This document shows positions 29,403 through 37,383 of a DNA stretch of 44,737 nucleotides, piece by piece. Numbering within the stretch: the stretch's first letter is position 1; every line of letters begins with the position of its first letter. The stretch is from Flavobacteriaceae bacterium (GTDB taxonomy: Bacteria; Bacteroidota; Bacteroidia; Flavobacteriales; Flavobacteriaceae). The position numbers were made by a program, and so were the translations under genes. The stretch spans positions 1 through 44,737 of the forward strand of contig JBFYPZ010000001.1 of NCBI GenBank assembly GCA_041303035.1, written 5' to 3'. The notes under the pieces are model-generated. The model saw only the letters and a program-made list of their open reading frames with translations. It did not search any database and was not told where the DNA came from.

Positions 29403-30122
29403 TTAACCTTCCATAGGAACCTCCATCAAAAGAATTTCTGTACCTTCCTGAACAGATTGAACACTCAGGCTATCAGTTTCCCAGATCCCCAGGCCATCTT
29501 TTTCATTCAGTAATTCCCCTTCAATCTTCACCGCTCCCCGGATTACGAAGGCGTAAACTCCGTTACCGTTTTTTCTAATTTCATATTCAGCAGTAAAATC
29601 TTTGTCGAATTTACCCAGATGAAACCAGGCGTCCTGATGGATCCAGACACCCTCATCTTCAGGAGAAGGCGAGAGGATCTGCTGTAATTTATTATGCCTT
29701 TCGTTCATATTCAATGTGATCTGGTCATAACGCGGACTTACATTTCTTTTATTGGGAAAAACCCAGATTTGCAAAAGCTTCAGGGGCTTGTCTTTATTCG
29801 GATTGAATTCACTGTGTTGAATACCCGTTCCGGCGCTCATTACCTGAACATCGCCATACCTTATAACAGAACTGTTGCCCATGCTGTCTTTGTGTTCAAG
29901 ATCGCCTTCCAGAGGTATGGTAATGATCTCCATATTGTCGTGAGGATGGTTGCCAAAACCCCTGCCCTCAGCAACCTGGTCATCATTCAAAACACGGAGC
30001 ACACCAAAATTCATGCGATTCGGATCGTAATAGTTGGCAAAACTAAAAGTATGCCGGGCCTGCAACCAGCCGTGGTTGGCCTGCCCTCTGGTCGCCGACC
30101 TGTGCAGTACGGTTTTTGTCAT
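29403..30122 (-). CDS. Pirin-family protein (YhhW-like)
   Basis: RG.ANHGWL...HTFSFA, HPHDNMEI, SAGTGIQHSE. Confidence 0.92.
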   Translation of the reverse strand: MTKTVLHRSATRGQANHGWLQARHTFSFANYYDPNRMNFGVLRVLNDDQVAEGRGFGNHPHDNMEIITIPLEGDLEHKDSMGNSSVIRYGDVQVMSAGTGIQHSEFNPNKDKPLKLLQIWVFPNKRNVSPRYDQITLNMNERHNKLQQILSPSPEDEGVWIHQDAWFHLGKFDKDFTAEYEIRKNGNGVYAFVIRGAVKIEGELLNEKDGLGIWETDSLSVQSVQEGTEILLMEVPMEG

Positions 30123-30241
30123 GGTCTCTGATTTAAATTTAAAAGAATGTTCAGTTCACACAAATTAAATGATTAAGAGTGAACTTTCAAAACAGGGTAT
30201 TTCCAACTTGCCAATTTGTGTAATGATATTTTAAAAATGAA

Positions 30242-31135
30242 CTATTGCAGGAAATCTTTCAGCTTGTTGTATTTAAATTTAAAACCGGTATCCTTAATTT
30301 TTTGAGCCGAGATCCTGTTCCCGTATAAAAGGGAATCTGAAAATTCTCCAAAAGCCAGCTTGAGCACAAATCCAGGAATATTGGGCAGCCAAAGGGGTTT
30401 GCGATAATATTTCGCCATGATCACCGTCATTTGTTTATTCGTTAAGAATTCAGGTGCTACCGCGTTATAAATACCTTCCATAGCCGCATCATGTATGGTA
30501 TTTGCGTAAATGGAACAGAGGTCCTCGGTATGAATCCACGGAACAAACTGCGCACCGCTTCCAACCGGGGCTCCAAAGCCAAGCTGAATGGGAAGGCTTA
30601 TTTTTTTATAGGCTTCGCTGTTTTCAGAAAATGCGATCCCGCTTCTGACTATGCAGGTTCTGATCCCGTATTCTCGAAACCGGCCAGCTGCTTTTTCCCA
30701 GTCCGCACAGGTCTTAGACAAAAAATCAGTACCCGGCAGATCGGTTTCAGTAAAGATCTTTTCTGAAGGCGCGTATCCATAAAAGCCTGTGGCAGATGAA
30801 CAGGTAAAAAGTTTTATATTATTTGGGATTTCTTTGATCTTTTCAAAAAGAAATTCAGTCGATTTCACCCTGCTCTCATAGATTTCATTTTTATAAGGCT
30901 CATTCCATTTTTTTCCATTAATACTTGCACCGGCCAAATGGATGATCGCATCGGCAGAACGAATGGCTTGGGGGTCAATTTTTCCTTGTTTGTAGTCCCA
31001 GGTATATTGTTTAATCGTTGATTCCGGATCCGTTTTTCTGCCCAGCCATTGTACAGTATATCCCTGTGATTGCAGTAAAGCGGTTAAATGCCTTCCCACA
31101 AATCCGCTTCCGCCGGTTATTAAGACTGTTTCCAT
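30242..31135 (-). CDS. TIGR01777-family NAD-dependent epimerase/oxidoreductase
   Basis: ITGGSGFVG, IHLAGASI, SATGFYG, GSG.Q..PWIH..D. Confidence 0.88.
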   Translation of the reverse strand: METVLITGGSGFVGRHLTALLQSQGYTVQWLGRKTDPESTIKQYTWDYKQGKIDPQAIRSADAIIHLAGASINGKKWNEPYKNEIYESRVKSTEFLFEKIKEIPNNIKLFTCSSATGFYGYAPSEKIFTETDLPGTDFLSKTCADWEKAAGRFREYGIRTCIVRSGIAFSENSEAYKKISLPIQLGFGAPVGSGAQFVPWIHTEDLCSIYANTIHDAAMEGIYNAVAPEFLTNKQMTVIMAKYYRKPLWLPNIPGFVLKLAFGEFSDSLLYGNRISAQKIKDTGFKFKYNKLKDFLQ

Positions 31136-31138
31136 AGT

Positions 31139-32449
31139 TTATGTTTGTATTAATGCTTTTTTATAGACAGTAATTGCCCTTTTTCTGGCAAAATCGTGGT
31201 CAATGATCGGCTGAAGATAATCCGGAGAAAAATCTTGTATCCATTTTTTTATGTACCGCATTTCAGGATCAAATTTTCTCATTTGTTCATAGGGATTAAA
31301 CACCCTGAAATACGGGGCGGCATCGCAACCACAACCTGCTGCCCATTGCCAGTTGCCATTGTTGGAGGAAAGCTCGTAATCGAGCAATTTCTCAGCAAAA
31401 TACGCTTCGCCCCAACGCCAGTCTGTCAATAAATGTTTGGTCAGAAAACTTGCCGTGACCATCCGGACGCGGTTGTGCATCAATCCGGTTTCATTCAGTT
31501 CCCGCATGCCGGCATCCACGAGGGGGTATCCTGTTTTTCCTTCGCACCACAGTCCAAAGTCCTTTGGGTTGTTGATCCATTCAATGCCTTCATATTTAGG
31601 CTTAAATGAATGGGTTACAACCTGTGGAAAATGAAAAAGGATCATCATAAAAAACTCCCGCCAGATCAATTCATTGAGCCATTGTTCGTTGAGTTCTGCG
31701 ATCTTTACCAGTTCCCTTATGCTCACCGTACCAAAACGGAGCTGTACGCTCATTCCGCTGGTTCCGGCAAGGGATGGAATGTTTCTTGTTTTGTCATAAT
31801 ATAGAATGACATCTTTATCCGGTAATTTCACAAGAGGCGGAAAAGCGGACTTTTCAAAGCCAATCACAGCTAAAGAAGGAAAATTGAACTCGTCGGTTTT
31901 GAATAAACGAGAAAGCAGGTTTTCACTCGGATAATGCTCAATTCCTTGTTCGGCAAGTTTTTGTTTCCAAACTTTTGAATATGGGGTAAAGACCGTATAA
32001 GGGGTTCCGTCTCCTTTTAGCACTTCATTCTTTTCAAAGATCACCTGGTCTTTACATGAAAGAAAGGGGATGTTCCTTGTTTCCAGCCAATCAGAAATTT
32101 CTTTATCGCGGTTTAAGGCGTAGGGTTCGTAATCGGTATTCGTAAATACTTGTTTTATCACGAATTTTTGACAAAGATATTGGATGGCTTTTAAAGGCTC
32201 GTCATGCATAACGAAAAGGCCGGATCCATAAGTCCTGAATTTTTTATCCAGAGCAGACAGGGCTTCATAAATAAAGTTGACGCGTTTGTCTTTTTTATTT
32301 TTAAGTTCACTAAGGATATTTGAATCGAAAATAAAAACAGGGAGCACAGGTTCCGGTTTTCTCAAAGCTTCAAAAAAACCGTGATTGTCATAAAAGCGTA
32401 GGTCTCTCCTGAACCAGAAAAGCGTTAAAGATTGAGTAATGGTATTCAA
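31139..32449 (-). CDS. phrB: Deoxyribodipyrimidine (CPD) photolyase
   Basis: WFRRDLR, ELIWREFF, GKTGYPLVDAGMREL..TG.MHNRVRM, NNGNWQW. Confidence 0.92.
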   Translation of the reverse strand: MNTITQSLTLFWFRRDLRFYDNHGFFEALRKPEPVLPVFIFDSNILSELKNKKDKRVNFIYEALSALDKKFRTYGSGLFVMHDEPLKAIQYLCQKFVIKQVFTNTDYEPYALNRDKEISDWLETRNIPFLSCKDQVIFEKNEVLKGDGTPYTVFTPYSKVWKQKLAEQGIEHYPSENLLSRLFKTDEFNFPSLAVIGFEKSAFPPLVKLPDKDVILYYDKTRNIPSLAGTSGMSVQLRFGTVSIRELVKIAELNEQWLNELIWREFFMMILFHFPQVVTHSFKPKYEGIEWINNPKDFGLWCEGKTGYPLVDAGMRELNETGLMHNRVRMVTASFLTKHLLTDWRWGEAYFAEKLLDYELSSNNGNWQWAAGCGCDAAPYFRVFNPYEQMRKFDPEMRYIKKWIQDFSPDYLQPIIDHDFARKRAITVYKKALIQT

Positions 32450-32952
32450 TTTTGTTCTGTTTTTTGAAGTTTTAACAAATCAAAACCCTTTTTCTCAAGC
32501 TTGCTGAGTATTTGTACATAAACGGATTTACTCATTTGAGGAGAGCGGGAAAGTATCCAGAGGTATTTCCTGTTTGGGTGGCTGACAACCGCAAAGCTGT
32601 AGTCTTCGGCCAGGTCAATAATCCAGTATTTACCCCTGAACGGCCAGAAAAACTGAACTTTTAATCTGGCATTGCCCGAGTTTTTTTCCACAAAGGCTTT
32701 TCCTTTGATGTAGGATTGTTTTCCGGTAAGGCTGTACTTGTTGCAGCTGTTTTCAACGATGATATATCCCTTCCCGCTGTTTGTATAGTTTGCTGTTGTG
32801 CTATGGCAGCCTTTTTGAAACCGCTGGGGGTAAGAGGCAATTTCATACCATTTGCCGGCATATTGATCGAGGTCGACAAAAGGAACCGTTTCCAGGTTTT
32901 GTGATTTCATAGTAAGGCTTATCAGTAATATTAAAAAAAACAGCTTATACAT
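32446..32952 (-). CDS. Bacterial lipocalin (Blc-like)
   Basis: VDL..Y.GKWYEIA, LKVQFFWPF.G.YW, YLWILSR. Confidence 0.9.
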   Translation of the reverse strand: MYKLFFLILLISLTMKSQNLETVPFVDLDQYAGKWYEIASYPQRFQKGCHSTTANYTNSGKGYIIVENSCNKYSLTGKQSYIKGKAFVEKNSGNARLKVQFFWPFRGKYWIIDLAEDYSFAVVSHPNRKYLWILSRSPQMSKSVYVQILSKLEKKGFDLLKLQKTEQN

Positions 32953-32959
32953 TTCCAGA

Positions 32960-33154
32960 TCAGTTTTGTTTTTTGATTTGAGAGAGGGAAATTACCAGTG
33001 CAAGGAAAAAAGCAATCGCAAAACTTGCTCCCCAGTTAACAAGCGGACCGATTTGTTTAATAAAATAATTCCAGCCCGCAGTAACTACCACATTGATAAG
33101 TAGCGCCAGAACGAAGGTGATTACAAACAACAAAACAAATTCTTTAATTTTCAT
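32960..33154 (-). CDS. Small two-TM membrane protein
   Basis: 64 aa with two hydrophobic helices. First gene of the lipocalin-photolyase run. Confidence 0.6.
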   Translation of the reverse strand: MKIKEFVLLFVITFVLALLINVVVTAGWNYFIKQIGPLVNWGASFAIAFFLALVISLSQIKKQN

Positions 33155-33436
33155 AAACTAAAAAATAATTCAGGCGATCACAGTTTGATCAAAACCGGAC
33201 TCTTGGTTAAAACCTGCAACCGCCTAAAGAAGTCAACTATAAAATTACGAAAAATTATTCCCTGATCACGACAACAGGACCAGCCATTTTTCTGAAAAAT
33301 ATTCTTTGAAAAAAATGATGGGATATTTGGAACAGCTTTTAGTAATATTTATTTTACTTTGTGCGGATTGGGCATAGATTCAAATACTATTTTTGTTTTA
33401 TTTCTGCTGCAATTGTTAAACTTAAAACTGAAAAAT

Positions 33437-34744
33437 ATGAGGGTGTTCCTGTTAGTTCTGGCATTACTATTGAATACATGGGTGGGTATTTCCCAATCGG
33501 CAGATGAGAAAAAATTGGAAGAGGATCTGTTTGCTTTACCCGATGTATCCTTTACAAAGATTTCAGCGGCCAACGAATTGCCTATAAAATATATGTTGCG
33601 CATAAAACAACCGCTGGATCACAAAGACAGGAGCAAAGGAGAATTTTATCAGCGGGTGATCTTAACACATCAGGGATACCAGCAACCCACCCTGATGCAA
33701 ACCCAGGGTTATGAGTTGTACAAAGGAAAGAATGAACTGGAAGCGGCTTTGAAAGCAAACCACTTAAACATTGAGCACCGTTATTTTGGCGAATCTATAC
33801 CGGATTCTATACAATGGAAATACCTGACTCTTGAGCAGGTAACGGCAGATCTGCACAAGATCAATCAACTGTTTAAACCCTTGTATAAAAATAAATGGAT
33901 TAGCACAGGAATCAGTAAGGGAGGGCAGACCACGATCTTTTACAAGTTTTTTTATCCTGATGATGTTGATGTAAGTATACCCTATGTAGCACCTTTCAAT
34001 GAAGGTCTTGAAGACAGGAGGATCTATACTTTTTTAGACACGGTGGGTACTGCGGCTTGCAGGAACAAGATCCGGGAATTTCAGAGGAACCTGCTTAAGC
34101 AGGAAGAAGCAGCTTTGGAAAAATTAAAATGGTATGCCAAAGGAGCCGGATTACAATTTAAATATCTGGACAACGAGCTGGGGAAAGCCTATGAACTCGC
34201 TGTACTCGAATTCTCATTTTCTTTCTGGCAATGGGGTTCAAAATGTGAAGAAATACCGGGAAATGAATCCCTGGACGCTTCTTTGGATTATCTCTTAAAG
34301 GTTTCAAATATTGATTTTTTTGCAGATGTCAGTATGGAAAAATACGCCCCGCATTATTATCAGGCAGCATCTCAAATGGGCTATTATGGTTATGATATAG
34401 AACCTTTTAAAGAGGACCTGAAGCATTTTACGAGCAATCCCCTGGCTGCTTTTTATCCGAAGGATGCCGGAAGGGTAGTTTACGATCCTGCCTTGAATAA
34501 GAAGGTCGCCGCCTGGCTAAAGACAGGTGGAAATAATATGTTGTATATTTATGGAGGAAGTGATACCTGGTCGGCAGACATGATCATCCCCACGAGTAAA
34601 GTAAATTCCAAAGTCTATGTCCTTCCCGGGAAGGACCACGGGAAAGCAAGGGTAATCCATATGGATCCGGCAATGAAGAAGCAGTTTGCGGATCAGTTGG
34701 GGCAATGGCTGGGGATACAAGTTTCGCCGGAAGATTTTAAGTAG
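33437..34744 (+). CDS. Secreted serine aminopeptidase (S28/S37, PS-10-like)
   Basis: Signal peptide from MRVFLL, QPLDH, IEHRYFGES, GISKGG nucleophile motif, DTW, H. Confidence 0.85.
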   Translation: MRVFLLVLALLLNTWVGISQSADEKKLEEDLFALPDVSFTKISAANELPIKYMLRIKQPLDHKDRSKGEFYQRVILTHQGYQQPTLMQTQGYELYKGKNELEAALKANHLNIEHRYFGESIPDSIQWKYLTLEQVTADLHKINQLFKPLYKNKWISTGISKGGQTTIFYKFFYPDDVDVSIPYVAPFNEGLEDRRIYTFLDTVGTAACRNKIREFQRNLLKQEEAALEKLKWYAKGAGLQFKYLDNELGKAYELAVLEFSFSFWQWGSKCEEIPGNESLDASLDYLLKVSNIDFFADVSMEKYAPHYYQAASQMGYYGYDIEPFKEDLKHFTSNPLAAFYPKDAGRVVYDPALNKKVAAWLKTGGNNMLYIYGGSDTWSADMIIPTSKVNSKVYVLPGKDHGKARVIHMDPAMKKQFADQLGQWLGIQVSPEDFK

Positions 34745-34838
34745 GGAAATGCTTGATTAATTAAAGGAAGCCTTTTTGAAGATCAATTTTCATATTTGGG
34801 TTCCAAAAGCTAATCTATATGTAACAGGTATCTTAATT

Positions 34839-34927
34839 TATTCAACCACGCTGTGGTTGGGTTGGGTATTTCAATTTTTCCACCGCATTTCATGCGGGGC
34901 TATTTATATTAAATCCCTCCGGGATTT
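34839..34927 (-). repeat. Three-hairpin REP-like element, copy 1 (89 nt)
   Basis: Minus strand: AAATCC-CGGA-G-GGATTT ... AATAGCC-CCGCAT-GAA-ATGCGG ... AACCAC-AGC-GTGGTT-GAATA. Confidence 0.75.
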
Positions 34928-35071
34928 GATAAAACATCTTTCAGTTTTAGGGTACAATCCAGGTTTTTTTATTTCCGGATGGGATCAAATAAAATAATTC
35001 TTTTCGCGGTCGCTTATAATAATTAATTCAATTACAAAGAACTTGATATTCGGATTATTTGCAACATACTT

Positions 35072-35160
35072 ATAGCCTGAAGGGCTATAATTTCAATAGC
35101 CACCGGTGGTACCGGTGGTAAGACAAGAGTCGCTAATTGGAACCCTAAAGGGGTTGAATA
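35072..35160 (+). repeat. Three-hairpin REP-like element, copy 2 (89 nt)
   Basis: ATAGCC-TGAA-G-GGCTAT ... AATAG-CCACCGGT-GGT-ACCGGTGG ... AACCC-TAAAG-GGGTT-GAATA. Same length and layout as copy 1. Confidence 0.75.
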
Positions 35161-35270
35161 ATAATAAAGAATGGTTACTCCTACTAATGTTAACTATATC
35201 AGTACAGACGCATTAATAATTACAAAAACACCCTGACTGGTTCAAAGGTTGATAAACAAATAAAAAAAAT

Positions 35271-35714
35271 ATGAGTACCCACACCCAAATAATTTATCAA
35301 ATAGTATTCAGTACTAAAAACAGGGAAACTACGCTAGAACCAAAAAGTAAAGAACTTTACAGATATATATCAGGAATACTTAAAAACAAACAGTGTCATT
35401 TGTATCAGATTGGAGGTACAGGAAATCATATTCATATTATAACACATCTGCATCCGGCGGTTTCTCTTGCAGGACTGGTTAAAGATATAAAACTGGCTTC
35501 CTCAATACACATAAAAACAAATGATATATTTCAAAATTTTAAAGGCTGGCAAAGTGGTTATGGAGCATTTACATACCATTCCAATGAAAAAGAGAAGCTA
35601 ATCAATTATGTTGAAAACCAGGAAAATCACCACAGAACAAAATCCTTTACCGAAGAATATATTGATTTGTTGAACGAGCACCGTATTATATTCGAGAAAA
35701 AATATTTATTTTAA
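35271..35714 (+). CDS. tnpA: IS200/IS605-superfamily Y1 (HUH) transposase, solo, possibly REP-associated
   Basis: YQIVFSTKNR, NHIHI (HUH), WQSGYGAF, YVENQ (catalytic Tyr). No tnpB nearby. Confidence 0.88.
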   Translation: MSTHTQIIYQIVFSTKNRETTLEPKSKELYRYISGILKNKQCHLYQIGGTGNHIHIITHLHPAVSLAGLVKDIKLASSIHIKTNDIFQNFKGWQSGYGAFTYHSNEKEKLINYVENQENHHRTKSFTEEYIDLLNEHRIIFEKKYLF

Positions 35715-35851
35715 AAATGATTCTTTTATTCTTTAATCTGGCAAAATATCGAGACCAGGTATTTTACAGGATTTGAAAGTTATTATTATACCATTGCAAT
35801 ATGAAACAGGAGGATTAATTAGTTGTTAAAGCATATAATAACCTCTCGCTT

Positions 35852-36748
35852 TCAATCCTTTTTATTTAAAAAATAGTCCCATGCCAGCATAGAGATATCG
35901 GCTATGAGTTTTTCATTGGTTTCCAGCTTTTCTGTAGAGTTGGAAACAAATACGCTGATTGAAAAATGTTTTCCGTTGGGTAAGGAAACGATACCAATAT
36001 TATTTACAGCGGCAGTAATTCCTTTCTCATTTGTGCCGGAAGAACCGGTTTTATGGCCTACCACTGTACCTTCCGGAAGTTGTCCCTTGATCCTTTTTTT
36101 GCCTGTGGCTGTTTCTGTCATGATCTTCCAAAGAAAGCCGGTACTTTGTTTTGACAGAAGTTCTTCCCCGTAGAAGGCATTTAAAATTTTATTGGATTCA
36201 TTTGGCGTTATCCAGTTTAAGAACTGAGTAGGCCAGTCCTTGTGCATTTCGGCTTCAGTAGCCAGAATTGAAATGTTTGTATAACCATTTTCGTGAAAAT
36301 AATCATTAACGGTTTTAGTTCCACCCAGCAGATCCAACAACAGGTCACAGCCTATGTTATCGCTTTTTGAAACAGTGTATTTAAGCATTTCTGCCAATGT
36401 AAGTGTTGTTCCATGCGGATATTCCTCCCGGATTGGGCTCCAGGTGTTTGGGATCAGGTCCTCTTTCCCGACATGGATTTTCTGATCCAGAAAAAGCCGG
36501 CCTTTGTCTACTTCATTTAAAACAACGATCGCAATGTGAAATTTAAAAACACTTTGCATGGGGTATTGTTTTTCTCCATTAAAGCTTATGGTGTCCTGAT
36601 CTTCTATTCCGGAGATGTAAATTCCTAAATCTGCATGCTTTGAATTTGCAATTTTGAGTATCTCTTTTCTCAGATCTTCTTTCTGAGCCATCACGGAAGA
36701 ATTGTACAGGAAGAGTAAAAAACCGCTGAAAATGATTGTTTTAATCAT
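35852..36748 (-). CDS. bla: Class A beta-lactamase, subclass A2 (VEB/PER/CME/TLA-like)
   Basis: PMQSVFK (SxxK), SDN, E..MH omega loop, HKTGSSG, signal peptide. Promoter TACCTTTG at 36778-36785 on the minus strand. Confidence 0.92.
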   Translation of the reverse strand: MIKTIIFSGFLLFLYNSSVMAQKEDLRKEILKIANSKHADLGIYISGIEDQDTISFNGEKQYPMQSVFKFHIAIVVLNEVDKGRLFLDQKIHVGKEDLIPNTWSPIREEYPHGTTLTLAEMLKYTVSKSDNIGCDLLLDLLGGTKTVNDYFHENGYTNISILATEAEMHKDWPTQFLNWITPNESNKILNAFYGEELLSKQSTGFLWKIMTETATGKKRIKGQLPEGTVVGHKTGSSGTNEKGITAAVNNIGIVSLPNGKHFSISVFVSNSTEKLETNEKLIADISMLAWDYFLNKKD

Positions 36749-36859
36749 AAATGAATATCTAAAATTTTGATTAGATCCAAAGGTAGCAATTACTTTTTAA
36801 AAAACCTTTTTCTACGATCCTGCAGCCTGTAAAGGCAATTCGGCTGCATATTATCCATT

Positions 36860-36915
36860 TGCAAACGACTACATTCGCTTACATACGAAAGTAATTATTT
36901 ATCAGCCGAATAATT
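36860..36915 (+). promoter_or_regulatory. Candidate operator upstream of ssb: three 10-bp-phased repeats plus palindrome
   Basis: TGCAAACG/TACATTCG/TACATACG at 36860, 36870 and 36880. AATTATTT-N7-GAATAATT at 36893-36915. CATCTTTG -7-like box at 36930-36937. Confidence 0.45.
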
Positions 36916-37002
36916 TTTTTCTCCTGTCACATCTTTGCCCTGTAATTGATTTACAAATAGAAATTTAGTATTAACCCTCTTCGGAGACAAAACAAAAAGA
37001 TC

Positions 37003-37338
37003 ATGAACAATTTAAGAAACAGAGTACAGCTGATCGGGCACCTGGGCAACAAACCCGAGCTCAAAACCACTGAAAGCGGTAAAAAGTATGTCAGATTTTC
37101 ATTGGCAACCAATGAAGTCTACAAAAATGCCAAAGGCGAAAAAGTAACGGATACGGAATGGCACAATGTGGTTGCCTGGAACAAAAATGCCGAGATCGCT
37201 GAAATGTATTTGGACAAAGGAAAAGAAATTGCACTGGAAGGTAAACTGAGCACACGCTCATATGATGATGCAGATGGCAAGAAAAAATATATCACAGAGA
37301 TAGTTTGCAATGAGCTCCTGTTGCTCGGCAGCAAATAA
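37003..37338 (+). CDS. ssb: Single-stranded DNA-binding protein, short form without acidic tail
   Basis: NRVQLIGHLG..PE, FSLATNE, TEWHNVVAW, EGKL.TRSY. Ends LLLLGSK. Confidence 0.92.
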   Translation: MNNLRNRVQLIGHLGNKPELKTTESGKKYVRFSLATNEVYKNAKGEKVTDTEWHNVVAWNKNAEIAEMYLDKGKEIALEGKLSTRSYDDADGKKKYITEIVCNELLLLGSK

Positions 37339-37357
37339 ATGAACCCCGTTTTAATGT

Positions 37358-37383
37358 AAAAAAGAGCCTTGCGCTCTTTTTTT
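37358..37383. terminator. Bidirectional intrinsic terminator between ssb and tex
   Basis: AAAAAAGAGC-CTTGC-GCTCTTTTTT. Confidence 0.75.

Noticed and set aside
34776-34997. 73-aa ORF upstream of tnpA
   Set aside because: It runs through the REP-like hairpins, has a TTG start and shows no protein features.
36821-36848. TGCAGCC...GGCTGCA inverted repeat between bla and ssb
   Set aside because: Only 7 bp, with no U tail and no second copy seen, so there is too little support.
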